A stretch of DNA of 64,000 nucleotides from a virus: positions 25,843 to 89,842 of IMG/VR virus record IMGVR_UViG_3300043570_000998; one strand, given 5' to 3'. The notes beneath the pieces were generated by a model. The model was given only the letters and a program-made list of their open reading frames with translations, had not been told where the DNA came from and searched no databases. Every line of letters starts with the position of its first letter. Positions within the stretch are counted from its first letter, which is position 1. Shown one piece after another: positions 34,793 through 44,528 of the stretch. The position numbers and the translations under genes were made by a program.

Positions 34793-35172
34793 TGGAGTAT
34801 GACCTGAGTAACAGAGAAAAAGCTTATCTTTCTGTTGCACGATACTTTGCTTCGAAGTCGAAGTCTCGTAGAATGCACGGAGCGGTAGTAGTAAAGTCTG
34901 GACGAGTAATCGGTACAGGCTATAACAAGGATCGTAATAATCCTTATTATGTATCACCTGAGCACATCAAAACACATTGTTCTGTTCACGCAGAAGTTGA
35001 TGCAATCAGAGATGCAAATTGGAATGTCAAGGGTGCTATTATTTATGTAGCCAGAGTAAATAACAAAGGTCTAGATAGAGATAGCAAGCCTTGCATCCGA
35101 TGCCAGTCAGTAATTGATGCGGCAGAAATTAAAAAAGTAATATACACAATAGGAGAAGATAATGAAGATTAA
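34792..35172 (+). CDS. dCMP/cytidine deaminase family protein
   Basis: GYN, HAE, PCIRC. Confidence 0.85.
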   Translation: MEYDLSNREKAYLSVARYFASKSKSRRMHGAVVVKSGRVIGTGYNKDRNNPYYVSPEHIKTHCSVHAEVDAIRDANWNVKGAIIYVARVNNKGLDRDSKPCIRCQSVIDAAEIKKVIYTIGEDNED

Positions 35173-35383
35173 CTCTCTAGAACAAATGGAGACCATTGTA
35201 GAAAACAATAAGTCTCTTCTATGGGATGGCTGGAATGTAAAAGAAATTACACAGTCACCAACTGGATGGATGAAGCCAAACGGTGTTTTCCGTAAGGGAG
35301 AATGGTTCGTTCAGAAAAACTACGATCTTAAATATGAAGGTTGGGAGATTCCCAATAAGTTTGTGGGGAATGATGCAAAGTGA
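35162..35383 (+). CDS. Hypothetical protein
   Basis: RBS GGAG, coupled. Confidence 0.55.
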   Translation: MKINSLEQMETIVENNKSLLWDGWNVKEITQSPTGWMKPNGVFRKGEWFVQKNYDLKYEGWEIPNKFVGNDAK

Positions 35384-35654
35384 AAATTGGAAAAATGATG
35401 CACGATGCGAAGGTTATGATACCAACTTATTCTTTGACAAATATGAAGAAGATCTTAATCTTAGAGTAGGGATAGATAATCTTTGTTCGGGCTGTCCTGT
35501 TGCAAGATTATGTTTTGCTACTGGAGTCTCTCAAAAAGGTTGGGGAGTCTGGGGCGGAGTCTATCTTGAAAATGGAAAGATCTCACGAGAATTTAATAGG
35601 CATAGGTCAAAAGCTGATTGGGCTGAGACTTGGAAAAATCTAACAAACGATTAG
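35370..35654 (+). CDS. whiB: WhiB-family transcription factor
   Basis: C...FF...CSGCPV..C...GVWGG. Confidence 0.85.
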   Translation: MMQSENWKNDARCEGYDTNLFFDKYEEDLNLRVGIDNLCSGCPVARLCFATGVSQKGWGVWGGVYLENGKISREFNRHRSKADWAETWKNLTND

Positions 35655-35662
35655 GAGGTATT

Positions 35663-35908
35663 ATGTATACAGATGAAATGAAACGTGCCGTTCACTCAAT
35701 TACTGCACCAAAGGGATTTGGGCTAGATATTGTTGAGCATAATACTGAGGGTATTGGCTGGATTGAGTTAGTAGCAGATGAAATTAAGTTTATGAAACTA
35801 CTTGACACAGACAAACGTGCTGCTGTAGAATATATGGTAAGAGTAAAATCTGCACTAGAAGATAATGGTGCAATTGTACAGTTAACACGAAAGGCAGTAC
35901 CGCAGTGA
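35663..35908 (+). CDS. Hypothetical protein
   Basis: RBS AGGAGG. Confidence 0.6.
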   Translation: MYTDEMKRAVHSITAPKGFGLDIVEHNTEGIGWIELVADEIKFMKLLDTDKRAAVEYMVRVKSALEDNGAIVQLTRKAVPQ

Positions 35909-36318
35909 TTGAACTAATTGCAATTGCAACATTGCCAACAATAATTATAGCGTTGACAGGATTACTTACTAAAGAAAAGCTTCTTACAAAAAACTTAGCA
36001 GGTAAAGTAATTCAGTTAACTATTGATAATAAAATAATACTGGATAATATACAAGACAAGCCTTTTGAAAACAATATTGAACAAACAGAAGGCTTTGTAA
36101 CATTTTTATCTGAATCACGAGAATGGGCATTTGAATATATTGAAAATGTTCAGAGTGGTTTAAATAAGTTTGTCGAACAAGCAGGTCCACGACTTGAATA
36201 CTTTGACAAATATGGCAGGGTAATACCAAGTCCACATAATGATGGATTAGAAGATATTCTAACCGCATACCGTGAACTACAAAAATTACTACCTGAAACA
36301 AATAACAAGGAGAAATAA
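35905..36318 (+). CDS. Hypothetical protein, N-terminal TM
   Basis: Coupled ORF. Confidence 0.55.
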   Translation: MIELIAIATLPTIIIALTGLLTKEKLLTKNLAGKVIQLTIDNKIILDNIQDKPFENNIEQTEGFVTFLSESREWAFEYIENVQSGLNKFVEQAGPRLEYFDKYGRVIPSPHNDGLEDILTAYRELQKLLPETNNKEK

Positions 36319-36319
36319 A

Positions 36320-36550
36320 ATGAACACAAAGCAATTAGTAGAACTACTTGCATCATACGGACGCAGCCTCTTGGCTGCTGGTCTCGCACTCTATGCTGCA
36401 GGAGTCACAGACCCAATGCAGCTTGCTAATGCACTTTGGGCTGCATTGCTTCCAGTAGCTATTCGCTACGTCAACCCTAACGATCCAGCATTTGGTCGTG
36501 TCCCATCGGCTGAAGATGTTGCTGCTGCAGTTAAGACTGCAAAGAAGTAA
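36320..36550 (+). CDS. Holin-like membrane protein
   Basis: Two TM segments; NPNDPAFG motif. Confidence 0.55.
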   Translation: MNTKQLVELLASYGRSLLAAGLALYAAGVTDPMQLANALWAALLPVAIRYVNPNDPAFGRVPSAEDVAAAVKTAKK

Positions 36551-36562
36551 TCTAACACTAGA

Positions 36563-36592
36563 AGGTGGGCTATTTCGGTAGCCCACTTTTTA
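36563..36592. terminator. Terminator between convergent operons
   Basis: GTGGGCTA-TTTCGG-TAGCCCAC-TTTTT. Confidence 0.8.
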
Positions 36593-37624
36593 TTGTCCTA
36601 AAATCTCTAAATATTTAGACTTTAATACGTTTGGAGAAAATGACTTATATCCAATATTAAATGCACGTTGCTTTTCACTTTTCTTGTCAGACATTCCTAT
36701 ATAATAATCAATATTCTCTGCAAGCTTTTGTGCATTAACATCATAATAAATAACAGGAGCAGCTAATCTCATTATCCCAAGCTCTTCAGAGACAGTTAGC
36801 CATTCTTTTGGAAGGATTAAATTGTTTGGAGAAATGTCTGTCATAAAAACTGGTAGACCACTAAGCAAAGCTTCGTTCATAGGTAAACATAAACCAGCAT
36901 ATCTTCTAGGCAAGATCATACCGTCAAAGCCAGTATACATATCCTGTCTATGTTTTACATTATCAATTTCAATAGTGATGCGTGAGTCTAATCCTTTAGA
37001 GCTAATCGGTGTTTGACTTTTTATGACTAATTCAAAGTCTGCCTTAGAGTGTCGCATCATTTCAAGAACACTTTCTGTTCCATTACGATCATTTGCAGCA
37101 GCTTTACCAGCAATATGTAGCATACGCTTGTGATCTTTTGATGTATTTACTTCTAGTGCTTTTTCAAATAGTTCTGGTCTTGTGGGTGGAGGAAGATGTA
37201 GAACTTTTGCATAATTATAAAATCTATTATATACTTTTTCAATCATCCAGGGGCTTGGAGATATAAGAACATTCGCAACAGGTTTTTTCTCTCTCCTTAA
37301 GTTTCCAAATAATTCATAGTTATACTGAAGATATGTCCTTACTTCTTTTTTTCTTGCAAGTGCTGGGGTATTATCATTATAAAATGTTTCACAACTTAAT
37401 AAAACATCAATATCGTCAAGAAAATTATTCATTTCTTCATCAGTTGGAATGCCTTTACATATAGTATAGTCACGTTCTGCATACCACTCAAAGTGCTGTT
37501 GATTACCGTTATAAGATGTAAAATCAATAATCATAATTTTGTACGGATTTAACATTTGTGTCAGTTCATATGTTTGATTACCAAGACCAGTATTGTCTGC
37601 CCTTACAATCATTCCTAGCTTCAT
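36590..37624 (-). CDS. Glycosyltransferase (GT-B)
   Basis: TGLG N-terminal motif; LPRRYAGLCLPMNEAL.SGLPV. Confidence 0.8.
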   Translation of the reverse strand: MKLGMIVRADNTGLGNQTYELTQMLNPYKIMIIDFTSYNGNQQHFEWYAERDYTICKGIPTDEEMNNFLDDIDVLLSCETFYNDNTPALARKKEVRTYLQYNYELFGNLRREKKPVANVLISPSPWMIEKVYNRFYNYAKVLHLPPPTRPELFEKALEVNTSKDHKRMLHIAGKAAANDRNGTESVLEMMRHSKADFELVIKSQTPISSKGLDSRITIEIDNVKHRQDMYTGFDGMILPRRYAGLCLPMNEALLSGLPVFMTDISPNNLILPKEWLTVSEELGIMRLAAPVIYYDVNAQKLAENIDYYIGMSDKKSEKQRAFNIGYKSFSPNVLKSKYLEILGQ

Positions 37625-38358
37625 TCTGTATACCCCCAACTAATATCATCAGATGTAAACTTCTGCGTTCCATTCCTTCCATCTAAGTGATACGATCTCT
37701 TAATATTCTTTCCTTCATCTGGATAGTAAATCCAAAGTTTACTTTTGTCCCATTTGCGGTCTTGAACATATCCGTGAAAAGTATCTTCAATAAAAGTTTT
37801 TTCTGGAACATTTTTAAGCACCTGTGACCTATAGTAAGAGACAAGGCTAAGGTGTGGTCGTTGACTCCATTGTAATGTTTTTAAAAACCCATCCTCTACA
37901 TTAAACATAAGGTGATAGTGTGGCTCTGGTATTACTGACTCAAAATGAAATCTAATAGTAAAAGCCTTATTAGAATCAATCATATCTAAACAGGCTTGCC
38001 AATCAATAGGTAAATCTGGAGTTAGTGGAGTGTCAGACTCTACATAAAGAAGTGTAGGTGTCTTAATTAAATCAATAGTTCTTTGCATCATACCTGTCTG
38101 ATGTAGATGCTCATCAAATATTATTGGAAGAACGTTGGTCCACTCGTGAAGTGATTTCCACAAGAGTCTGTTTTTAAATTCATCATATCTGTCTTTCCAG
38201 TCCAGCCTCTCGTCTCTAAGACCATCAACCTGAATTATAATTTCATTGTCTGGAAGATGTACACGAATAGTATTGATTGTCTCTTCAATAATGTCGGTAC
38301 TTGGGTGACTTGGAATAACAGATGTAGGTATAATAACTGTGATATCTTTAATGTTCAT
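37621..38358 (-). CDS. Glycosyltransferase (GT-A-like)
   Basis: ITVIIPT..IQVDG..YVESD. Confidence 0.65.
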   Translation of the reverse strand: MNIKDITVIIPTSVIPSHPSTDIIEETINTIRVHLPDNEIIIQVDGLRDERLDWKDRYDEFKNRLLWKSLHEWTNVLPIIFDEHLHQTGMMQRTIDLIKTPTLLYVESDTPLTPDLPIDWQACLDMIDSNKAFTIRFHFESVIPEPHYHLMFNVEDGFLKTLQWSQRPHLSLVSYYRSQVLKNVPEKTFIEDTFHGYVQDRKWDKSKLWIYYPDEGKNIKRSYHLDGRNGTQKFTSDDISWGYTE

Positions 38359-39193
38359 TTATTTGCTCCATTATCTTATATGCAAAATCTCTTTTTTGTT
38401 TGATCCACCAAGACACAGCCCTATGCATATTTGCAGGATAGTCATTTTCTAGTTTTGTGATTAATGAATAAAGTTTCTTCCAATTCTTTATTTGATCTAT
38501 TGGCATATCTTTAAATAAGATTTCCCAAAATCCATAATCTTCACCAACACTACTTATTCTATCAGCAATTGGTAGAGACAACATTTCTAATCCTTCATAA
38601 AATCTAAATGAGTCAATTGTAGCGTTGCCAGCAGGGGCAGGAGCAAATCTAGAAGAAGCCAATAACCTGTAGTAGTCTTTTGGTGTTTCGCCTTGTGCAA
38701 ACTTTTTTGTAAGCTTATAGATTGCGTCTGGAAGCCTCTTTAAGGCTTGTGCAAGCTCTTGCCTACGTCGATGTGTTATTTGACCAGCAAAGTAAATATT
38801 TGTTGTTTTTTCTGGATAGTCTGGAATAACGTTATCTTTGTGGTTTGGGACACCAAGTGGTAGTTTGTTGTACGCTTCGTGTCGAGGGTACGGATACTGA
38901 ACCCAAATCTCTGCATTAGGATGGGAGATCTTATCAACATCAAATGCACCAAGTTCATCTGCTGTAATAAACAGAACAAGTCTTTTAATTTTAGAAAGGT
39001 TCTCATTAAGAACATCTTCAAAACTAATCCACTCAAAACCAGGGACTACAACAAAGGCTCTATCTGCTTCTGGAAGTTTGTTTACTTTGACAACCTCTAC
39101 ATTGTTCCTTGTAAATGCTTCTTGCAAGAATCCAAAGTCCCACTTTTCATCTGGGAAGCCTTTGCCCTTTGGAGTAAAAGAATAAGCTATCAC
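38348..39193 (-). CDS. Exostosin-like glycosyltransferase
   Basis: YFAGQ..Y..LASSRFAPAPAG..SFRFYEGLE. Confidence 0.7.
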   Translation of the reverse strand: MIAYSFTPKGKGFPDEKWDFGFLQEAFTRNNVEVVKVNKLPEADRAFVVVPGFEWISFEDVLNENLSKIKRLVLFITADELGAFDVDKISHPNAEIWVQYPYPRHEAYNKLPLGVPNHKDNVIPDYPEKTTNIYFAGQITHRRRQELAQALKRLPDAIYKLTKKFAQGETPKDYYRLLASSRFAPAPAGNATIDSFRFYEGLEMLSLPIADRISSVGEDYGFWEILFKDMPIDQIKNWKKLYSLITKLENDYPANMHRAVSWWIKQKRDFAYKIMEQINEH

Positions 39194-40146
39194 TTAATTT
39201 CTAGTTCCTTTAAAATTGTTGCCCATCTGTGTTTATATGTATGTTCACCCTTTGCACGTTCGTGTCCAGCAAGCCTAATAGCTTCTCGTTTTTCGTCGTG
39301 TTCAAGGTAGTAGTCAATTTTTTCTTTTAGGTCTCTAATGTTTCCGTGTTCGTAGAACACAATCTCTTCTTTGTCTTTAAAGAAATCGTTAAGCCCCACA
39401 ATATTTGGATAGATTGTAAACCCACCACGACCAGTAGATTCAAACAGTCTATCCGAAGAGTAATATGGATAGTTAAAATTAATGTTTAGCGTGTCACCAA
39501 TTGCAATCTTGCTACGAGCATAAATTCTATTTAACGCATCTCCACGAACTGTTCCTGTATCTCCGTCTCCACCAACGTGAAGAAATCTTTTGCCATAAAG
39601 CTCTCTCAAAGCATTTATGAGTTTTGGGCGGTAGGGATATTCAGGGTGATACCCTCTGCTACCAACAAAGATAACATCATAATCAAACGTACCATCATAG
39701 TCTGGATGAACATAACACTCAGGACCGAAGACTCCAGCAGGAAGAAAGTGACCCTTAACCTTAGTATTCTCGTTAAACCAATCAGCCATTAACTTATCAG
39801 TGGCAAAGAAGTGACCGATGTTTTTATAGAAAGGATCATTCTCAAGATCGTGCTGACGCTTAAGACCAAACCATAAGTCTAAGTGATATGTCATAGTTGG
39901 CACATTAGAATCTTTAAGCTCCTGAAGAATATCTATTCTTTCTTGACCAGGAGTGTTCCATCCGTGAGTATGAACCCAAACAAATAAGTCTGAAGTTACT
40001 GCTTCACGAAGCACTTTGCCCATTGTTGTACCACGTCCCTCTTGGAACTTTACAACTGTATGACCCAATGCCTCTAATGATTTTGCGTGATGATTCTCAC
40101 TGCTAAAATCTACCTGAAAGTTTCCCAGGAACGTAATCTTTGCCAA
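39190..40146 (-). CDS. CgeB-like glycosyltransferase
   Basis: DVIFVGS..YSSDRLFE..EHTYKHR. Confidence 0.8.
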   Translation of the reverse strand: MAKITFLGNFQVDFSSENHHAKSLEALGHTVVKFQEGRGTTMGKVLREAVTSDLFVWVHTHGWNTPGQERIDILQELKDSNVPTMTYHLDLWFGLKRQHDLENDPFYKNIGHFFATDKLMADWFNENTKVKGHFLPAGVFGPECYVHPDYDGTFDYDVIFVGSRGYHPEYPYRPKLINALRELYGKRFLHVGGDGDTGTVRGDALNRIYARSKIAIGDTLNINFNYPYYSSDRLFESTGRGGFTIYPNIVGLNDFFKDKEEIVFYEHGNIRDLKEKIDYYLEHDEKREAIRLAGHERAKGEHTYKHRWATILKELEIK

Positions 40147-40201
40147 AATAACCTCTTCTGTTCTCTATTAATTTTATCATATTAGGGAGTATAATTGTAT
40201 T

Positions 40202-40295
40202 GTCTCCACATAGGCATCGCTCTTAGGATGGACTAGTTACCCTGAAAATATAAAGACCGAGCCAAGGCAGGTTGAATCCTATGTGGGGACTTTTT
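40202..40295 (+). ncRNA. Putative ~95-nt small RNA
   Basis: TATAAT at 40190; 13-bp closing stem GTCTCCACATAGG/CCTATGTGGGGAC; T tract. Confidence 0.55.
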
Positions 40296-40318
40296 ATTTT
40301 GTGTGATATAATTGCGGT

Positions 40319-41431
40319 ATGCCATATAGCGTTGGAGAAAAAGGGTCTTACGCAGCCGTTAAAGACGACGGAACAGTAATGGGTTGCCACAAGACAGCTG
40401 AAGAAGCTGCTAATCAAATTTATGCTATCAATGTCAGTGAGGGCAACATCGATCCAAAGTCTGGACATTCTGGAATGGACGATGAAGAAAACGAACGTAT
40501 GGGTCGCCGTCGTAATGAAATGAAAAAAGATGGTCACATTAAAGAAGGTGACTACGTAATGGGAATGACCACAGAAGGTGTGGTCCACGGACGTGTTGAG
40601 CACATAATGTGGGAAGGTGGAACTCTTGGAGAGCCAGGCACAGACTATGCCATAGAATCAATGCCACCAGAAAACCCAGCAATGTCAGTTAGAGTTTTTG
40701 AAGAAGAGGACGAGGGTATGTGGCAAGAAACAGCATACAGTATTGGTATGATGTACCAGGATGCTACAGTCCTTGATGAATTGCAAGGACATTCTATGAG
40801 CGAAGAAGACGAAGAGATAGATATGATGTTCAAGGCAGAAACATTTAGCCCAACAGGTGGTATGAAAGCTGCTGCACGTCGTGCTCTTAAATGGAAAGAA
40901 GACGGTAAGGCTACAGGTGCAGGTACTCCAGTTGGTTGGGGCAGAGCATCAGATATCGTAGCAGGAAGAGCTATGTCTCTCAGTGTAGTTAGACGTATGT
41001 TCTCATTCTTCTCACGCCACGAGGTAGACAAGAAGGGCAAAGACTTTAACAACACTGCTAATCCTAGCAATGGTCGCATTATGTGGGACGCTTGGGGTGG
41101 AGATGCAGGATTCTCCTGGTCACGTGGCATCGTTGAGCGTATGAGAGACAAGGCATTGTTTGCTGATTTTGGCAAGGACTACACAAAGTCTACTAGAATG
41201 GTTGTTAAGGCAATTGGTGTAGGCTCTATGGTTAGCTGGAATTCTTCTGGCGGTAGAGCAAGCGGAAAGATTACCAGAATCATTCGTAATGGATCTTATA
41301 ATGTTCCAGGTACAGATGTAACAATCAATGGTACTCCAGATAACCCTGCTGCAGTCATTCGTCTATACCGTGATGGCAAGCCCACAGATACAATTGTTTC
41401 ACACAGAATGAACACTTTACGTTCAGCCTAG
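40319..41431 (+). CDS. Multidomain hypothetical protein with C-terminal DUF2945-like (Tudor) domain
   Basis: Leaderless start; RM.SFFSRH..WDAWGGDAG phage domain; VSWNSSGGRASGKI. Confidence 0.6.
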   Translation: MPYSVGEKGSYAAVKDDGTVMGCHKTAEEAANQIYAINVSEGNIDPKSGHSGMDDEENERMGRRRNEMKKDGHIKEGDYVMGMTTEGVVHGRVEHIMWEGGTLGEPGTDYAIESMPPENPAMSVRVFEEEDEGMWQETAYSIGMMYQDATVLDELQGHSMSEEDEEIDMMFKAETFSPTGGMKAAARRALKWKEDGKATGAGTPVGWGRASDIVAGRAMSLSVVRRMFSFFSRHEVDKKGKDFNNTANPSNGRIMWDAWGGDAGFSWSRGIVERMRDKALFADFGKDYTKSTRMVVKAIGVGSMVSWNSSGGRASGKITRIIRNGSYNVPGTDVTINGTPDNPAAVIRLYRDGKPTDTIVSHRMNTLRSA

Positions 41432-41433
41432 AC

Positions 41434-41462
41434 TTGACAACTGTTCTCATTTGCTGTAGAAT
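41434..41462 (+). promoter_or_regulatory. SigA promoter
   Basis: TTGACA-N17-TAGAAT. Confidence 0.75.
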
Positions 41463-41493
41463 ATAACTACAACACTAACGCATTAGGAGAGAA

Positions 41494-41700
41494 ATGCACG
41501 AGGAACACGCACACGAGGGCGAAACCCTTTTAGACACAATCATTGAGATCACGTTCGGTATTGAACATATGGCAGCAGAGTTTTTTTGGAATGCTGTCTT
41601 TTTGCTTGTTGGCTTTGCGGTATCAAAAGCAATCGCACTTCGCAAGATTCACAAGTACATTGACGAGAAGCACGGCGTAACACACGAGGAAGGTTATTAA
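41494..41700 (+). CDS. Small membrane protein
   Basis: RBS AGGAG; one TM; His-rich ends. Confidence 0.55.
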   Translation: MHEEHAHEGETLLDTIIEITFGIEHMAAEFFWNAVFLLVGFAVSKAIALRKIHKYIDEKHGVTHEEGY

Positions 41701-41993
41701 TGATTCAACCAATAGAAGACAAGGTAGTTATTAAAACTATCGAAGATGCTCAGGTAACAAAGTCTGGCATTATCATTACAGGAGACAAAGAAAAGCCTCA
41801 AGAGGCTATCGTCGTTGCTGTAGGAACAGGTGTCACAACTAAGAATGGCGTACACGTCCCCATCCCACTTGAGGTAGGACAGAAGGTAATCTTTGCAAAG
41901 TACAGCGGTACAGAGGTTCGACACGATGATACAGACTATGTAATCATTTCATACAACGACATTATTGCAGTAATTGAAGGTGAAGAAGATTAA
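41700..41993 (+). CDS. groES: Co-chaperonin GroES
   Basis: PIEDKVV, TKSGIII, VVAVG.G, KYSGTEV. Confidence 0.93.
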   Translation: MIQPIEDKVVIKTIEDAQVTKSGIIITGDKEKPQEAIVVAVGTGVTTKNGVHVPIPLEVGQKVIFAKYSGTEVRHDDTDYVIISYNDIIAVIEGEED

Positions 41994-42678
41994 GATAAGC
42001 GTACTTGATAAAGGCTATGTCCGTCTTGTTGATCAACTAGGTAATGATACATCAGTTGTAAATGCTGCTCGCGTATCATACGATAAAGAGTCTAAGGGCT
42101 TTGACGAGAAAGACGGAAAGCTACTCCACTTCCTCATTCGTGAGGGACATACAAGCCCATTTCGTCACGCTGCTCTAACCTTTGAGGTATACGCACCACT
42201 ATTTGTAGCACGTCAATGGTGGAAGTATGCAGTAGCATCTACACATATTGACGATCAGAATGGATGGAACGAGTCCTCACGTCGTTATATTACTGAGGAT
42301 GAAGAGTTTTATATTCCAGAGCCAGATCAATGGCGTAGCAAAGCTGAGAATAGTAAGCAAGGTAGTGGAGATCCAGTAGATGTAAGCATTGGCACAGACT
42401 ATACAGAAAGTCTCAAAGGTATGATTAGGGTTGGACAGTTTGCTTATCAAACTGCTATAAAGAATGGAATTGCTCCAGAACAGGCACGTCTATTCCTACC
42501 TGCATATGGAATGTATGTACGTTGGCGTTGGACTGTATCTCTTCAGGGTGCTATGACATTTCTTGAACAACGTCTAGGTCACGATGCACAGGTAGAGATC
42601 CAGGAGTATGCTAAGGCAGTTCAAAGTTTAACTAGACAAGCATTCCCTGCAACATTTATGGCGATGGATGGGGTATAA
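41974..42678 (+). CDS. thyX: Flavin-dependent thymidylate synthase
   Basis: NAARVSY, HTSPF, ARQW..NESSRRY, EQARLFLP, AQVEI. Confidence 0.9.
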   Translation: MKVKKIKISVLDKGYVRLVDQLGNDTSVVNAARVSYDKESKGFDEKDGKLLHFLIREGHTSPFRHAALTFEVYAPLFVARQWWKYAVASTHIDDQNGWNESSRRYITEDEEFYIPEPDQWRSKAENSKQGSGDPVDVSIGTDYTESLKGMIRVGQFAYQTAIKNGIAPEQARLFLPAYGMYVRWRWTVSLQGAMTFLEQRLGHDAQVEIQEYAKAVQSLTRQAFPATFMAMDGV

Positions 42679-42685
42679 TACTATT

Positions 42686-43366
42686 ATGGAACAGGAAAAT
42701 GCAAGTAGTTATCCACGTGCATATTTTGGAGAAACTATTCCTATACAAGAAAATACAGAGATGGTTATTATTGGTGAGACACCAGTAGCACCATCAAAAG
42801 GAGAAAACAAAGTGGTAACAGTAAAACGTAAACGAGTTAGCCCACAGCTATCTGCACAAAAGAAAGCTGAACGAGCAAAGAATGCATTGTATGCAAAACA
42901 GGAAGCCAGACGTGCTCCAAAAGTACAGGTTGACCAAGGGATAGTTCTTTGGACCTGGATTATTGGTATTGTAATTGCATTTGGTACATCAGCGGTAGTA
43001 TCTTTTAATGGAATTACTGCAGTTGCAACCTATGTAGGACTAGCAGCACCCTGGATGGCTACACTATTCTTCTTCTTTGTTGAGTTGATGTATGTGCTAT
43101 TCCTTATGGCGTACCTAGTTCTTCGATCTCGCATTGATGAAAATGGAAATCCTGAAAGATCAAGCGGAGCATTCTGGGGAATGTTTATGTTTGGTGCTAT
43201 TGCAGTTGCTGCTAATGGATTTCATACCCTGGACTTCTGGCAGTATGAGTGGACTAACCCACAAATGTGGGCAGGTATTATTCTAAGTATTGCTGCTCCT
43301 ATCGCTATTATTAGTGCCTCAAAGATGGCTTCTAGAGTAGTGTTTGCCAAGTCTATACAGCTCTAG
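42686..43366 (+). CDS. Membrane protein (DUF2637-like)
   Basis: Four TM segments; leaderless start. Confidence 0.55.
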   Translation: MEQENASSYPRAYFGETIPIQENTEMVIIGETPVAPSKGENKVVTVKRKRVSPQLSAQKKAERAKNALYAKQEARRAPKVQVDQGIVLWTWIIGIVIAFGTSAVVSFNGITAVATYVGLAAPWMATLFFFFVELMYVLFLMAYLVLRSRIDENGNPERSSGAFWGMFMFGAIAVAANGFHTLDFWQYEWTNPQMWAGIILSIAAPIAIISASKMASRVVFAKSIQL

Positions 43367-43373
43367 GTTAACT

Positions 43374-43447
43374 GGGGCAGTAGCATAACAGGTAAATGCA
43401 ATACTCTTATAAGGTATCGATAGCGAGTTCAAATCTCGTCTGCCCTA
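43374..43447 (+). tRNA. tRNA-Ile(TAT)
   Basis: GGGGCAG/CTGCCCT acceptor; ATACT-CT-TAT-AA-GGTAT arm. Confidence 0.85.
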
Positions 43448-43448
43448 C

Positions 43449-43520
43449 GCCCTTGTAGCTCAGAGGAAGAGCAGCAAGTTTCTACCTTGCGTGTCGCTGG
43501 TTCGATTCCAGTCAGGGGTT
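43449..43520 (+). tRNA. tRNA-Arg(TCT)
   Basis: GCAAG-TT-TCT-AC-CTTGC arm; TTCGA T loop. Confidence 0.85.
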
Positions 43521-44204
43521 CTCGTATTGCGAAGGATCTGGAAACATATCCTTTAAGATAAAATCAAGTATAAAGTCAAAGTTTGAGTCGTGACTAGATA
43601 TGTAGTTTAGGTCTTCTTTAATGAGGTCGTGGAACTTACCCTTTAATTCTGTATTACTATATACTTTTACATCGTAAGTCTTTGTGCCACCTACATTATA
43701 AACATTTCCATATGTTGATCTATGCAGTGTTTTATAGTTTAGTACTTCAAGAAGCTTTGCTTTGTTCATAGGCATAGGAACGTGCAGTTCATAATCTAAC
43801 TGATTCTTAATTCCCATTCTATTTAAATAATTTTGTGTTTTGCTAAACAGTCTTTGATATCCATAATTAGTCTGTCCTAAGTCTGAATAGTTTGCAAGCA
43901 CTTCTGCTATTGTTCCAGAATAAAAGTACTCAACCTTGTCTAGTTTCTTTACTGTAAAGAAGTCATCATTCATTAAAACAAAGTCATCGCTTATCTCTTC
44001 TGTCCTACAGATAACCTCTAGCTGTTTCCAGACGTTGGGATGTCCCAGACCAGTTTGCTGAACATAAATGTAATCCCCTGTGTACCAGTCTGGCTTTCCG
44101 CCAACCACCCAGATACGACCCTCTGGTAAATTTTTCACGGTAGACCTAATTGAGTATCTTAACTCTTCATTGTCTCCAGGACGACAAACATAAACGTAAT
44201 CCAT
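43512..44204 (-). CDS. Stealth-like sugar-phosphotransferase
   Basis: DYVY, DNEELRYSIRS, MNDDFF and H.P.PM motifs. Confidence 0.65.
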   Translation of the reverse strand: MDYVYVCRPGDNEELRYSIRSTVKNLPEGRIWVVGGKPDWYTGDYIYVQQTGLGHPNVWKQLEVICRTEEISDDFVLMNDDFFTVKKLDKVEYFYSGTIAEVLANYSDLGQTNYGYQRLFSKTQNYLNRMGIKNQLDYELHVPMPMNKAKLLEVLNYKTLHRSTYGNVYNVGGTKTYDVKVYSNTELKGKFHDLIKEDLNYISSHDSNFDFILDFILKDMFPDPSQYENP

Positions 44205-44255
44205 TGTTAATCCAATCTTTATTCTATTATATCATTAACTGGTATAATGGTTGTA

Positions 44256-44504
44256 ATGAGCGTGTCAGAGCATCTGGCGGTCCTTAGAGCCTATAAAGAG
44301 GACAAGGGTTGCACGGACTGCGGTTATAAATACCCTCATTTTATTCTTGAGTTTGACCACAAGCCAGGGTATCGTAAACTTGATAATGTCTATAGAGTAC
44401 TAAAAAAGTACGGAATAGATATGGCTTGGAAAGAGATAAGAAAATGTGACGTTGTTTGTTCTAACTGTCATAAGATAAGAACAAACGATAGAGAAGAGTC
44501 CTAG
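44256..44504 (+). CDS. Small HNH-like protein
   Basis: CTDC..FDH..KCDVVCSNCH. Confidence 0.75.
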   Translation: MSVSEHLAVLRAYKEDKGCTDCGYKYPHFILEFDHKPGYRKLDNVYRVLKKYGIDMAWKEIRKCDVVCSNCHKIRTNDREES

Positions 44505-44528
44505 GCTGCTATGGTGTATACTGAAGGT

